A stretch of 64,000 nt of DNA, taken from positions 1,690 to 65,689 of the forward strand of contig JASGCW010000009.1 of assembly GCA_030053945.1 (NCBI GenBank), given 5' to 3'. This stretch comes from Limnohabitans sp. (GTDB taxonomy: Bacteria > Bacteroidota > Bacteroidia > Flavobacteriales > Flavobacteriaceae). Below are positions 1 through 9,175 of this stretch, in pieces; position 1 is the stretch's first letter, and each line of letters starts with the position of its first letter. The notes below the pieces were generated by a model, which worked only from the letters and a program-made list of their open reading frames with translations, was not told the origin of the DNA and made no database searches. Position numbers and translations under genes: made by a program.

Positions 1-198
1 AAAAGATACTATATTTATATATGTATCTAAATCCTTTTCTAAAATTAAATATTTAAAAAAGCATAAGAAATTAATTCTTTTAAATGCTATATAATAACAT
101 TTATTCAAATACAATGAGGCTGTCTTAAAAGGCAAACTCAGTTTCTGAGAATTATTTATACCAAAACTGTCTCAGATAAGTATCCGAATGTTTTAATG

Positions 199-232
199 AA
201 AAAAGAGGGTGTCATAAACTTTTTGACACCCT
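199..232 (-). terminator. Intrinsic terminator closing the aromatic catabolism operon
   Basis: AGGGTGTCA (206-214) / TGACACCCT (224-232) 9-bp stem, followed on the minus strand by a T-tract, just downstream of the 245 stop. Confidence 0.7.
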
Positions 233-244
233 TATTTTATAAGT

Positions 245-991
245 TTAATATTTCCCATTCAACAATTCCCCTCCAATTCCTGATTTAGCTTCAATTCCTA
301 ATTTCTTCATCATTTCGTAAGTAGTACAAACGGCCGCAGAAGTTACAGGAATGCCACATTCTGTCTGAATTAAATCGATAGCTTCTAAGGATGGCATTTG
401 TACACAAGCCGAAGCTACTAATACATCTACATCTGTTAAATCTAGTGTTTTATAGATTTCTAATAAATTCAACGGATTTTGAGCCGCTACTTCTAAATTA
501 TCTGGAATTTCAAGCGCTATACTTTCCTTCACTTTGATGCCTTGATGCTCTATGTATTCTACCACTTTATCTGTTAACGGACGCATATATGGTGTGATAA
601 TAGAAATTTGTTTTGCTCCTAAAGTTTTTAATCCGTTGATTAATGCACCCGCAGATGTTACAATAGGAGTAGGGAAGCCATTGGCAATTGTTTCGGCGTG
701 AAGATTTGCTTCAGACACACAATGATATCCTTTACCCATACTCATAATAGCTACTAGACAAGCATAACCCATAACATCTACCTCTGCATCTGAAAGTTCG
801 ATGGCACATTTTAAACTCATAGCATCCATAGCTTCAAGCTCTTCTTTGGTTACTTTTTTCATTCGCATCCTGCTGCTATGAAAGGTAAAACGTTCTGGTA
901 AAATGGTTTCACGCGAACGGAAAATGGCTGGTATTTCGGTTTCCATCGTTACATTGCTCGATGGAACTATTTGTCCTATTTTGAATTTCAT
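245..991 (-). CDS. maiA: Maleate cis-trans isomerase (Asp/Glu racemase superfamily)
   Basis: N-terminal GQIVPSSNVTME motif; two catalytic-type Cys in YACLVA and SACVQMPS; 248 aa. Confidence 0.85.
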   Translation of the reverse strand: MKFKIGQIVPSSNVTMETEIPAIFRSRETILPERFTFHSSRMRMKKVTKEELEAMDAMSLKCAIELSDAEVDVMGYACLVAIMSMGKGYHCVSEANLHAETIANGFPTPIVTSAGALINGLKTLGAKQISIITPYMRPLTDKVVEYIEHQGIKVKESIALEIPDNLEVAAQNPLNLLEIYKTLDLTDVDVLVASACVQMPSLEAIDLIQTECGIPVTSAAVCTTYEMMKKLGIEAKSGIGGELLNGKY

Positions 992-1035
992 TTGTTTAAA
1001 TGTTTAAGGTTTAAAAATTTAAAGTTCTTAACTAA

Positions 1036-1106
1036 ACTGAACACTAAAAACTGTTAACTGAACACTGCTAACTGTGACTGAACACTGCTAACTGTGACTG
1101 AATACT
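1036..1106. repeat. Intergenic tandem repeat (ACTGAACACTGCTAACTGTG x2 plus partial copies)
   Basis: 20-bp unit at 1057-1076 and 1077-1096; ACTGAACACT/ACTGAATACT partial copies at 1036 and 1097. Confidence 0.85.
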
Positions 1107-2013
1107 AAATTTCTTTAACAGTATTAATAATAGTCCCAATTCCTTCTACGGTAGCTTCTACTACATCACCATCATACATCCATTCTTGTGGGTCACGACC
1201 AGCACCAACACCCGCAGGGGTTCCTGTGGCAATGATATCACCAGCTTCTAAAGTGAAAACAGTACTTAAATCTTCAATTAAATCATTGATATTGAAAAGC
1301 ATAAATTTAGTATTAGAATTCTGTTTTTCCACACCATTTACTTTTAACGATAAATTCAAATTATGTGGATTTTCGATTTCGTCTTTGGTTACTAAAATAG
1401 GTCCCATAGGAGCGAAAGTGTCTTGTCCTTTAGAAACAATCCATTGTCCTTCACGGCGACAATCTCTGGCTGAAATATCGTTTATTACCGTATAACCAAA
1501 CACATAATCTAATGCTTCAGATTTAGATACGTATTTCCCTTTTTTTGAGATAATTACAGCCAATTCACATTCCCAATCTAATTGAGATGTTAGCTTGGTA
1601 TTTTTGATAATATCGGTATTAGTCGCTGTAACTGTTGTAGGTGGTTTTGAGAAGATAATTGGCTTTTGAGGAAGTTTACCAGTTGTATCTAAAGTACGTG
1701 CGCTTTCTGCTACGTGCTCTGTATAGTTTAATCCAATTCCTATAATATTTTTTCTTGGTTTAGGAATAGGAGCAAGGAAGGTAACTTCCTCCATTGTATA
1801 TGCAATTTCTTCAAATTGTTTATCGCTGGTTTCTGAAATTAAATCGTTTATTTCGGAAATGACTTCAAATCCCATATCGATTAATTCTAACATAGTTTTA
1901 GGTAACGGAAAATTGGATACATCGCCAAAATCTTCCATATCAATTACTTGGTTGTTGTGTATAAAGCCTAATCGAGGCTCTGAGTTTTCAATAGTGTAGG
2001 TGAGTAGTTTCAT
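1105..2013 (-). CDS. Fumarylacetoacetate hydrolase family protein
   Basis: IIGIGLNYTEH, IFSKP, DWECELAVII, GYTVINDISARD, GDIIATGTPAGVG motifs. Confidence 0.9.
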   Translation of the reverse strand: MKLLTYTIENSEPRLGFIHNNQVIDMEDFGDVSNFPLPKTMLELIDMGFEVISEINDLISETSDKQFEEIAYTMEEVTFLAPIPKPRKNIIGIGLNYTEHVAESARTLDTTGKLPQKPIIFSKPPTTVTATNTDIIKNTKLTSQLDWECELAVIISKKGKYVSKSEALDYVFGYTVINDISARDCRREGQWIVSKGQDTFAPMGPILVTKDEIENPHNLNLSLKVNGVEKQNSNTKFMLFNINDLIEDLSTVFTLEAGDIIATGTPAGVGAGRDPQEWMYDGDVVEATVEGIGTIINTVKEI

Positions 2014-2024
2014 TTAAAATTTTT

Positions 2025-2083
2025 GTTTCAAGTTTAATGTTTCAAGTTCAATTTTACTTAATTGATATTGAAATTTGAAATTG
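2025..2083. repeat. Degenerate heptamer arrays (GTTTCAA... / ...TTGAAAT) in roughly inverted orientation
   Basis: GTTTCAA GTTTAAT GTTTCAA GTTCAAT followed by TTGAAATTTGAAATT. Confidence 0.55.
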
Positions 2084-2086
2084 TTA

Positions 2087-3205
2087 TTATTCTTTAATTA
2101 TTTGATGTCCATTATTTTCTGTATAGTCTCTAGATTGATATAACCCTAATCCTTCAATTACAGGCAAGTCGTTAAAGTTAAATAAGCAGGCATCTTCGGT
2201 TTCTGAAAGGTTATGATGTTCATGAAATGCCCAAGAAGGAACGCAAAAAATATCTCTTTCTTTCCAATCAAAACGTTGTCCATTTATAATAGAATATCCT
2301 TTCCCTTTAGCACATTGATATACAAAAGATCCGGTATGGCGGTGTGCTTTTCCTTTGAATCCAGCAGGTAATAATTGGATTGCCGCCCCCATAGTTTGCA
2401 TAACATGCCCGCCTGTTAACGGATTTGAATATTTCATGAAAATTCCGTCGAATGGATTTAGTTCATTTACCTTTTGCGCTTCTAACAATGCAGGATATAC
2501 TTTAGACCATGAATATTTGAATAGGGGAGAATAGGGTTTTGTCCAAGTAGTCGTATCTGCTGGAATTAATCCAGAGCATCCATAAGTTATTGGACTGTAA
2601 TTTAAAGGAACATCCAAAGGTTGTTTTCCGTCAAAAACAGCATAATCATTAGCCTCTAGTGCATTTACCAATGGTATATCTAAACCATCCTGCCAAATAC
2701 AAGTTTCGCCATCTTCTTCAACGCCATGTTCATGCCAAGTAGAATTAGGAGTAATTACAAAATCATTGACTTCCAACATAATTTTGTTACCATCTACCAC
2801 TGTATATCCTTTTTTGCCTTCCATAATAAAACGTAGGGCAGAAGCACGATGTCTATGAGCAGAGGTGCTTTCACCTGGACGAGTAACTTGTATGCCAGTG
2901 TATAGCCAACCTACTGCTGCGGAAACGTCTTTACGTTTATCATTAACCAAATATACTACACGTCTTCCAGCTTGTTCTGGTGTTACTAATTCAGATGATT
3001 TTAGAACTAAATGTCTTAAATTTTCATATTTCCATAACATAGGAACAGAATTCGATTTAGGTTCCCAAGGTTCAATATCATTAGCTACTGTCCAAAGAGC
3101 TCCAGCGCCTAAAGTTTCTAATTCTTTATAATAGGCTTCTAGTTCAGGTGTGTCTTGAACACGAGCGCGACCTATAACGTCGTCTGAGTATTTTTTTTCT
3201 TCCAT
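2087..3205 (-). CDS. Bicupin ring-cleavage dioxygenase, gentisate 1,2-dioxygenase family
   Basis: AERR-like AGRRVVYLVN, AHRHRASALRF and WHEHG metal motifs in the first cupin; AHRHTGS and FHEHHN in the second. Confidence 0.85.
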   Translation of the reverse strand: MEEKKYSDDVIGRARVQDTPELEAYYKELETLGAGALWTVANDIEPWEPKSNSVPMLWKYENLRHLVLKSSELVTPEQAGRRVVYLVNDKRKDVSAAVGWLYTGIQVTRPGESTSAHRHRASALRFIMEGKKGYTVVDGNKIMLEVNDFVITPNSTWHEHGVEEDGETCIWQDGLDIPLVNALEANDYAVFDGKQPLDVPLNYSPITYGCSGLIPADTTTWTKPYSPLFKYSWSKVYPALLEAQKVNELNPFDGIFMKYSNPLTGGHVMQTMGAAIQLLPAGFKGKAHRHTGSFVYQCAKGKGYSIINGQRFDWKERDIFCVPSWAFHEHHNLSETEDACLFNFNDLPVIEGLGLYQSRDYTENNGHQIIKE

Positions 3206-3220
3206 TGTTTGTTTATTTAT

Positions 3221-3263
3221 TTTTTAAAGTATATTCAAAACTCCAGGAGTTATACTTTAAAAA
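3221..3263. repeat. REP-like palindrome downstream of the RAYT gene
   Basis: TTTTTAAAGTAT / ATACTTTAAAAA outer stem around an AACTCC-A-GGAGTT core. Confidence 0.65.
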
Positions 3264-3269
3264 GGTTCA

Positions 3270-4027
3270 TCATTCTATAATTAGTTCATTAATTTCTGAT
3301 AAATTATGTTCTTGATTATGGAACTCGATAAAATTACTTTTATTTCCGTATATGTCTAAAATTTCTTCTCTTTTAATTTTTGTTTTTTTGTCTGATACAA
3401 CACTTTCATATGTTTAAATTTTATTTTTCAGCGGTAACATATGGTATCCCTTTTTTAATCATTGGTGTTTACCTCACTTAGCATTTATTTTTATAGGTGT
3501 TCAGTGAATATATTTGCATACGCAAACTACTTGTTTATGGGGATTTCATATGATGACCAAGGATATAAACTCATTTTATCTGTAAATCCGTGTTGAACAG
3601 GGTTGTTGTGGATATAATAAATGAGATTTTTAAGATAGCGTTCTGATATCACTTTTTTTCTTTCAAAAGGAACTTCAAAAAGACTTCCAGTTCGTTTGAA
3701 TTTTTTATTTATCGCTTGTGTGTAAGCGTTAAAAAGATATCCAAATTGTCTTGAAGGTTCAATAACATTTGCCTTTTCTACTGTTGAATATTCTAATTTA
3801 TCTATTTCAATTTCATAGGGTAATTTTAGATAGACTAAAATATGAAAATGATTTTTCAGTAAACACCAAGCATAAGTTTCAGCAATAGGAGAAAAATACT
3901 TATCATAAAGTCTTAAAAAATGGAAATAACTTTCACTATCAAAAAAAACATCTATTTTATTATTACCTCTATTATAAATGTGGTAATAATTTCCAGTTTC
4001 TAATGGTAATGGTTTATAGGATTTCAT
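3270..4027 (-). pseudogene. REP-associated tyrosine transposase (RAYT, Y1/HUH), disrupted by a 140-bp insertion
   Basis: YYHIYNRGNN, HUH motif NHFHILV, YIHNNPVQHG and YPWSS. Removing 3411-3550 joins ...PWSS in frame to YESVVSDKKTKIKREEILDIYGNKSNFIEFHNQ...IE* (3410-3270), giving a 205-aa protein. Confidence 0.85.
3411..3550. mobile_element. 140-bp non-autonomous inserted element, copy 1
   Basis: Flanked by TTTCATA(TG) direct repeats at 3404-3412 and 3544-3552; interrupts the RAYT frame; homologous copy at 27763-27856. Confidence 0.8.
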
Positions 4028-4048
4028 TTTTTTAATTTCTATTTATTC

Positions 4049-4085
4049 TTTTAGTATTAAACTCCATTGGAATTTAATACTAAAA
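4049..4085. repeat. REP-like palindrome upstream of the RAYT gene
   Basis: TTTAGTATTAAACTCC-ATT-GGAATTTAATACTAAA, a 16-bp stem with one mismatch; shares the AACTCC..GGA core with 3221-3263. Confidence 0.7.
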
Positions 4086-4104
4086 ATGTAATTAAATGTA
4101 AAGA

Positions 4105-5073
4105 TTACTCATTTGTATGATCTACAAACGTAATTTTTCGAGTGGGTGCCACATTCACTCTTAAATCAAAAATATCAAATCGGTTATAATGCCCTAAAAT
4201 ATCGTGCATTTGCTTTGGCTGAATGCATTTTTGTAAATCTATTTCAGCATAAATAATTCCTTCATCATCAATTAGAGGTTCTCCTATTACAGCACCATTA
4301 GGACCTAAAAATCCTGAAAAAGCCGAACTTTTTCTAGCAAATAATTCTTCAATTTGTGGCGCTTCTGGTTTTAAAAATTCCATAATTTCTTTTGAAATTG
4401 TTGAGCAAGAAACTATGGTAAATAATTTGCCTTCAAAAGAATGAGCCGCAGCACGGATTTTAATTGCTTCCGCCATATTATAATCTGGTGGTGCAACAGG
4501 AAGTGAGATGTAATTAGCAATATGAACTAATTCACCCTGTGAAAGTAATGTGAATCTTGCCAATGTATTTGTGTTTTCTCCACAAGCTAACGTTCCGATA
4601 GGGCCAACTTCTGTGTCATAAACCTTTAAAGAAGAACCATCACCGCTAGTCCACGTAAGTTTTTCGGCCCAAGTGGGTACTAATTTTCTATGTCTTCCAA
4701 TTAGTTGGCCTTTGTTATCTATAATTAAATTGGTGTTATAAATTTCGCCATAGCTTTTACCTCGCTCGTTAATTCCAATAACAATATGCATATCAAAATC
4801 TTTAGCAGCTTGATATAGTTTTTGCATTGCTAAATCATCTGTTGCCACCGAATTTTTATACAATTCCTCGTACCATTTACTTCCTTGAACAGGTGTCATT
4901 ACCCAATTCCAGTAAGGATAACCTGCAATAAATACCTCAGGAAAAGCAATGAGTTTAGCTCCGTTTTGAGATGCTTCTTTTATAAAAGATATGGCTTTGT
5001 CGATTGTTTTTTCAACATCTAAAAAAACAGGCGAAGTTTGTACTGTAGCGGCTTTGAATTTTTTAAATTCCAT
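4105..5073 (-). CDS. Nitrilase-family carbon-nitrogen hydrolase
   Basis: Catalytic triad contexts FPEVFIAGYP (E), HRKLVPT (K) and TLACGEN (C); C-terminal DILGHYNRFDIF. Confidence 0.9.
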   Translation of the reverse strand: MEFKKFKAATVQTSPVFLDVEKTIDKAISFIKEASQNGAKLIAFPEVFIAGYPYWNWVMTPVQGSKWYEELYKNSVATDDLAMQKLYQAAKDFDMHIVIGINERGKSYGEIYNTNLIIDNKGQLIGRHRKLVPTWAEKLTWTSGDGSSLKVYDTEVGPIGTLACGENTNTLARFTLLSQGELVHIANYISLPVAPPDYNMAEAIKIRAAAHSFEGKLFTIVSCSTISKEIMEFLKPEAPQIEELFARKSSAFSGFLGPNGAVIGEPLIDDEGIIYAEIDLQKCIQPKQMHDILGHYNRFDIFDLRVNVAPTRKITFVDHTNE

Positions 5074-5085
5074 TTTAAATATATT

Positions 5086-6171
5086 TTAATTAGAAACCTT
5101 ACGCATTAAAGTTTCTAATGGTCCGTTTTTAAATTTCTTGTCCCAAATTACGCTAAAAATAACACTAATTACAAAAAAAGCGATTGCATAGGCGAGAATA
5201 TAAATAGTTCCTACTGGTTTTCCAGTAGGAATGTTTCCTTTAGTAAATCGTTTATTGAATATAAATTGAAAAATTAAAACGCCAATAGTAAGATGAATTA
5301 CATAGTGTGTCAACGTCATTTGTCCTGTTTTTTGTAGAGATTGAATGATTTTATTATGGGCAAAAATTTCACCTATATATATGCAAATCACAATTACGAT
5401 TAGTGCAAAACCTATCGTTACTAAAATGAATGGTAGATAAGGTGGGAAATATTCGGCTAAAATATAATCTTTCAAAAAAGGAGGGAAGTTATCATTTTTT
5501 GCAAAGTATCTCAATAATTGAATAGAACCAAAAAGCGCAACACCTGTAAGAAAGATGTTTTGTTTAATTTTTTTGAGATTCCAGTCGAGTTTACCTAACC
5601 ACATTCCTATAACAAAATAAGTAAACCACGGGAATATTGAATTCCATCCATTATACAAGGAATTTCTTAGAAAACCTTTTATTGACCAGAAATCTGTATA
5701 ATCAAAGGTGTTGAAATTCCAACCTGTTTCGATTGGAATAAAGTTAAGTAGGATATTGTGCGCTACTAATGTTACTATCGCTATTGACAAATAAAATCTT
5801 GATGGAATAAATAATATAAATGCTGCAATATGCATATATCCACCATAGAAATGCAAAATATCACCTTGCCACCAATTATAAAGTAAGAGCCCCAAGCCAA
5901 ACAAAAACCAAGAGCGTTTAAGCACTTTTGATTTTAATTTAGATTGTTCTTCTTTAGTTAAATTAGGTTTGTTTGACATCAAAGAAACGCCCATTCCCGC
6001 ACAAATAATGAAAATGGCAGTCGAATTACCAGTAAATAAGCTCATAAACCACCCTACAGAATCAGTAGGAGCAAACATAATTGAACCAAAACTGAAATTG
6101 AAGTTTACAATAAACATTCCTAAAATAGCATAGGCACGAGCTAGATCAAAACCTGTAATTCTTTGATTCAT
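5086..6171 (-). CDS. DUF418-type multi-pass membrane protein
   Basis: RITGFDLARAYAILGM, GDILHFYG, GQMTLTHY and GPLETLMR motifs; many hydrophobic helices. Confidence 0.7.
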   Translation of the reverse strand: MNQRITGFDLARAYAILGMFIVNFNFSFGSIMFAPTDSVGWFMSLFTGNSTAIFIICAGMGVSLMSNKPNLTKEEQSKLKSKVLKRSWFLFGLGLLLYNWWQGDILHFYGGYMHIAAFILFIPSRFYLSIAIVTLVAHNILLNFIPIETGWNFNTFDYTDFWSIKGFLRNSLYNGWNSIFPWFTYFVIGMWLGKLDWNLKKIKQNIFLTGVALFGSIQLLRYFAKNDNFPPFLKDYILAEYFPPYLPFILVTIGFALIVIVICIYIGEIFAHNKIIQSLQKTGQMTLTHYVIHLTIGVLIFQFIFNKRFTKGNIPTGKPVGTIYILAYAIAFFVISVIFSVIWDKKFKNGPLETLMRKVSN

Positions 6172-6596
6172 TAAGATTTAAGTAAAAAATAACTGATTTT
6201 TTCTCTCATTGCATCAGTAAATGCTTCAGAGGTTATTGTTTTTCTATCCTCTGCAATTTTTACATTGACTAATGTTACTTCGCCTTCAAGGACAACTTCG
6301 TTTTGTTGGTTTTTGAAAATAAAGCCACATAATAGGGAAGAGGTGCGAAGCTCTTTTACATACAGTTCCTTTACGATTGTTTCTCCTAATCGAGCTGCTT
6401 TTTTGAATTGTACTTTCAAATCGACCGTAGGCATTCCATTTGTCTCGTGCATTTTTGAAAACGGACGATGTAAAGCTTCTTCAAACCAGTCTTCAACCAA
6501 GTCGTTTAGCATTTCCAAAAATCTTGGGTAAAACACAATTCCAGCATAATCTATATGCTTAAATTTTATTTTTTGTTCTTTTATAAAGTATTTCAT
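6171..6596 (-). CDS. Acyl-CoA thioesterase (4-HBA-CoA/hotdog family)
   Basis: IKFKHIDYAGIVFYPRF motif; 141 aa. Confidence 0.85.
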   Translation of the reverse strand: MKYFIKEQKIKFKHIDYAGIVFYPRFLEMLNDLVEDWFEEALHRPFSKMHETNGMPTVDLKVQFKKAARLGETIVKELYVKELRTSSLLCGFIFKNQQNEVVLEGEVTLVNVKIAEDRKTITSEAFTDAMREKISYFLLKS

Positions 6597-6680
6597 ATTT
6601 TCAAATTCAATTTGTCATAGATTACATTCTACTAATCTATTATTACTTTTCACTATTTTCTTTTCACTTATCACTCTCAA

Positions 6681-8270
6681 CTATTTCAATTTAAAACGCT
6701 GAATTTTACCCGTTTCTGTTTTGGGTAGTGAATTCACGAAATTTATCACTCTTGGGTATTTATATGGTGCGGCTACTTCTTTGAACCACTGCTGAATAGA
6801 TTTAATCATTTCGTTAGTTTCTTTAGAAGAATCTTTCAACACTACGTAAGCACAAACTAACATTCCACGTTCTTCGTCAGGAACACCAACCACAGCACAT
6901 TCTAATATATCATTGTGAGTCAGGAGTACACTTTCTACTTCTATTGCGGCAATATTATACCCTGAGGAAATAATCATATCATCACCACGAGCTACAAAAT
7001 AAAAATAGCCTTCTTCATCTTGTCTAAAAACATCACCAGTAATATTCCATCCGTACTGAACATATTCCTTTTGCTTATCTTCTCGACCTAAATATTTGCA
7101 ACCCGTAATTCCTCTAACGGCCAATCTTCCAGCTTCATTACGAGGCAATTCATTTCCGTTACTATCAATAATTTTTGCTTCATAGCCTGTTATGGCAACG
7201 CCAGTACTACCAGGCTTCATATTTTCCACATTAGATGAAATGAAAATATGTAACATTTCAGTGGCACCTATACCATCTATTATTTTTAATCCTGTTGTAT
7301 CATACCATTCTTGCCAAATTTTCAAGGGTAGTGTTTCACCAGCAGATACACATTTGCGAAGACTTGAAAGGTTAAATTCTGATACTTTTTGAGTTAAAAC
7401 CCGCCAAGCTGTTGGCGCTGTAAAACATATAGTAATTTTATGTTCTTCGATTGCTTGAAGAAGCAAATCCGGTGAAGGTTTTTCAATTAGAAACGTTGAA
7501 GCTCCGTAATACATTGGAAATAAAACCAATCCACCTAAACCAAATGTAAATCCTAAAGGTGGACTTCCTGTAAAAATATCATCAGCTTTTGGTTGAAGGG
7601 AATACTGAGGAAAAGCTTCGCAAATGTTTAAAACATCTCGATGATAATGTGCTGTCATTTTAGGTAAACCCGTTGTGCCAGAAGTAAACCCAATTAATGC
7701 TACACTATCAGCTTTTGTATGATAATTTTGAAATGTTTTAGACTTAGATTGCATTAAAGTTTCTAGTTCAGAATTTCGATAGAAACAAGTTCTTTTCAGA
7801 AAATCTGAATGTACTAAATTCATTTCTTCACTAAGATCATTATCACAAAGTGCTATTGAAATTTCGGCGCAATCAATTATTGTTGTTAGCTCTTTTGAAC
7901 GCAATAATGGCATAGTTGCTATAACAATTCCACCAGCTTTAAGAATCGCAAACCAACACGCGACCATCATAGGGTTATTGGCACTGCGTAACAAAACTCT
8001 ATTTCCAGATTGTAATCCTAAATTATCCACTAAAACGTGAGCAATTTGATTTGCTTTTTCATACAAATCTTGATAGGTCCAAGTTTCCGTAAAGGTGCGA
8101 ATACAAATACTATTTCCCCGACCTTCTTTTATATGATTATCTAGCAAACGTTCAACACAATTAAGCATTTCTAGTTTGTTAAATTGTGGCAAATCCAAAA
8201 AAGCATACTCGGGATGTAAGTTTGTGCTTGGTAAATTATCCTGAGCGAAAGTATCTTTAAAATGTTTCAT
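6681..8270 (-). CDS. Aromatic acid-CoA ligase (2-aminobenzoate/benzoate-CoA ligase type)
   Basis: FTSGTTGLPK, SAGETLP, IDGIGATEMLHIF, TGD and LPKTETGKIQRF adenylation motifs. Confidence 0.85.
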   Translation of the reverse strand: MKHFKDTFAQDNLPSTNLHPEYAFLDLPQFNKLEMLNCVERLLDNHIKEGRGNSICIRTFTETWTYQDLYEKANQIAHVLVDNLGLQSGNRVLLRSANNPMMVACWFAILKAGGIVIATMPLLRSKELTTIIDCAEISIALCDNDLSEEMNLVHSDFLKRTCFYRNSELETLMQSKSKTFQNYHTKADSVALIGFTSGTTGLPKMTAHYHRDVLNICEAFPQYSLQPKADDIFTGSPPLGFTFGLGGLVLFPMYYGASTFLIEKPSPDLLLQAIEEHKITICFTAPTAWRVLTQKVSEFNLSSLRKCVSAGETLPLKIWQEWYDTTGLKIIDGIGATEMLHIFISSNVENMKPGSTGVAITGYEAKIIDSNGNELPRNEAGRLAVRGITGCKYLGREDKQKEYVQYGWNITGDVFRQDEEGYFYFVARGDDMIISSGYNIAAIEVESVLLTHNDILECAVVGVPDEERGMLVCAYVVLKDSSKETNEMIKSIQQWFKEVAAPYKYPRVINFVNSLPKTETGKIQRFKLK

Positions 8271-8275
8271 CTTTT

Positions 8276-9175
8276 TTAGTTTAAAAAACTTTCAATTTCT
8301 TTAAAATATAATTCTTTAGCATCCAGCCAACCATAATGTGCACAATTATCTATTGTAACTAATTTTGAGTTTGGAAATGCTTTAGCAATTTCTTCAGCTG
8401 TTTCAACTGAAATGATATCGTTTTTGCCTTGTAACACTAAAACGGGTTGCTTAAAATTTGAAAAAGAGTTGCTACAGTCAAATTTTATTTTTTGAAGGTT
8501 TTGAATAACTAACGAATTAGTTTTTCTATTCAATTGCGTTAATCTCTCCGCAATGATTGGTGCTTTTGATTTATCAAAAACATAAGCATTAGCTAAAACT
8601 GCAGCTCTCTTTTTAGAAGTTTCTTCAGAAATATCTCCAGATTCTATTTTTTCTTGATAATAATTCAAAGAATCTTGCTGCTCCTTAGTTAAGTTATTAT
8701 TCAATCGTGTGCCTAAATAATCTAAAAATTTCAGATTGATACCTCCTGATGATGAAAAAATGAGTTTTTCTATTGTGTTGGGATGTTTACTAGCATAGTA
8801 AGCTTCCATAATTCCCCCAAAAGAATGTCCTAAAATTGTCCATTTTTTTATTTTAAGATGTTTTCTTAGATTTTCTATATCTTTTACCATCAAATCCATA
8901 GTGATATTATTTTCATCTAATGAAGTAATTACTGATTGTCCAGTACCACGCTGGTCATAAATAATAGTCTTGTAATTTAATTTTGCAAGCTCTTTAGCAA
9001 TAAAAACAAAACCTTCACAATTCATACCTGGTCCACCATTTATTATTAAAATAGGCTTTCCTTTGCCAAAAGTTTTATAATGAAGTTTTACATTTTCATT
9101 TGAAATAGTATTTTCTGTTTGTGAATAACAAAAAAACTGACTAAATAATCCTAATAATGCCAATATATTTTTCAT
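8276..9175 (-). CDS. Secreted alpha/beta hydrolase (proline iminopeptidase-like)
   Basis: Signal peptide-like N-terminus; NGGPG, YDQRGTG, GHSFGG nucleophile motif, C-terminal CAHYGW. Confidence 0.75.
   Translation of the reverse strand: MKNILALLGLFSQFFCYSQTENTISNENVKLHYKTFGKGKPILIINGGPGMNCEGFVFIAKELAKLNYKTIIYDQRGTGQSVITSLDENNITMDLMVKDIENLRKHLKIKKWTILGHSFGGIMEAYYASKHPNTIEKLIFSSSGGINLKFLDYLGTRLNNNLTKEQQDSLNYYQEKIESGDISEETSKKRAAVLANAYVFDKSKAPIIAERLTQLNRKTNSLVIQNLQKIKFDCSNSFSNFKQPVLVLQGKNDIISVETAEEIAKAFPNSKLVTIDNCAHYGWLDAKELYFKEIESFLN

Noticed and set aside
4011-4028. Similarity of the RAYT start (ATGAAATCCTATAAAC) to the mini-element end (ATGAAATCCCCATAAAC)
   Set aside because: Short and AT-rich with no further alignment; I could not distinguish it from chance.
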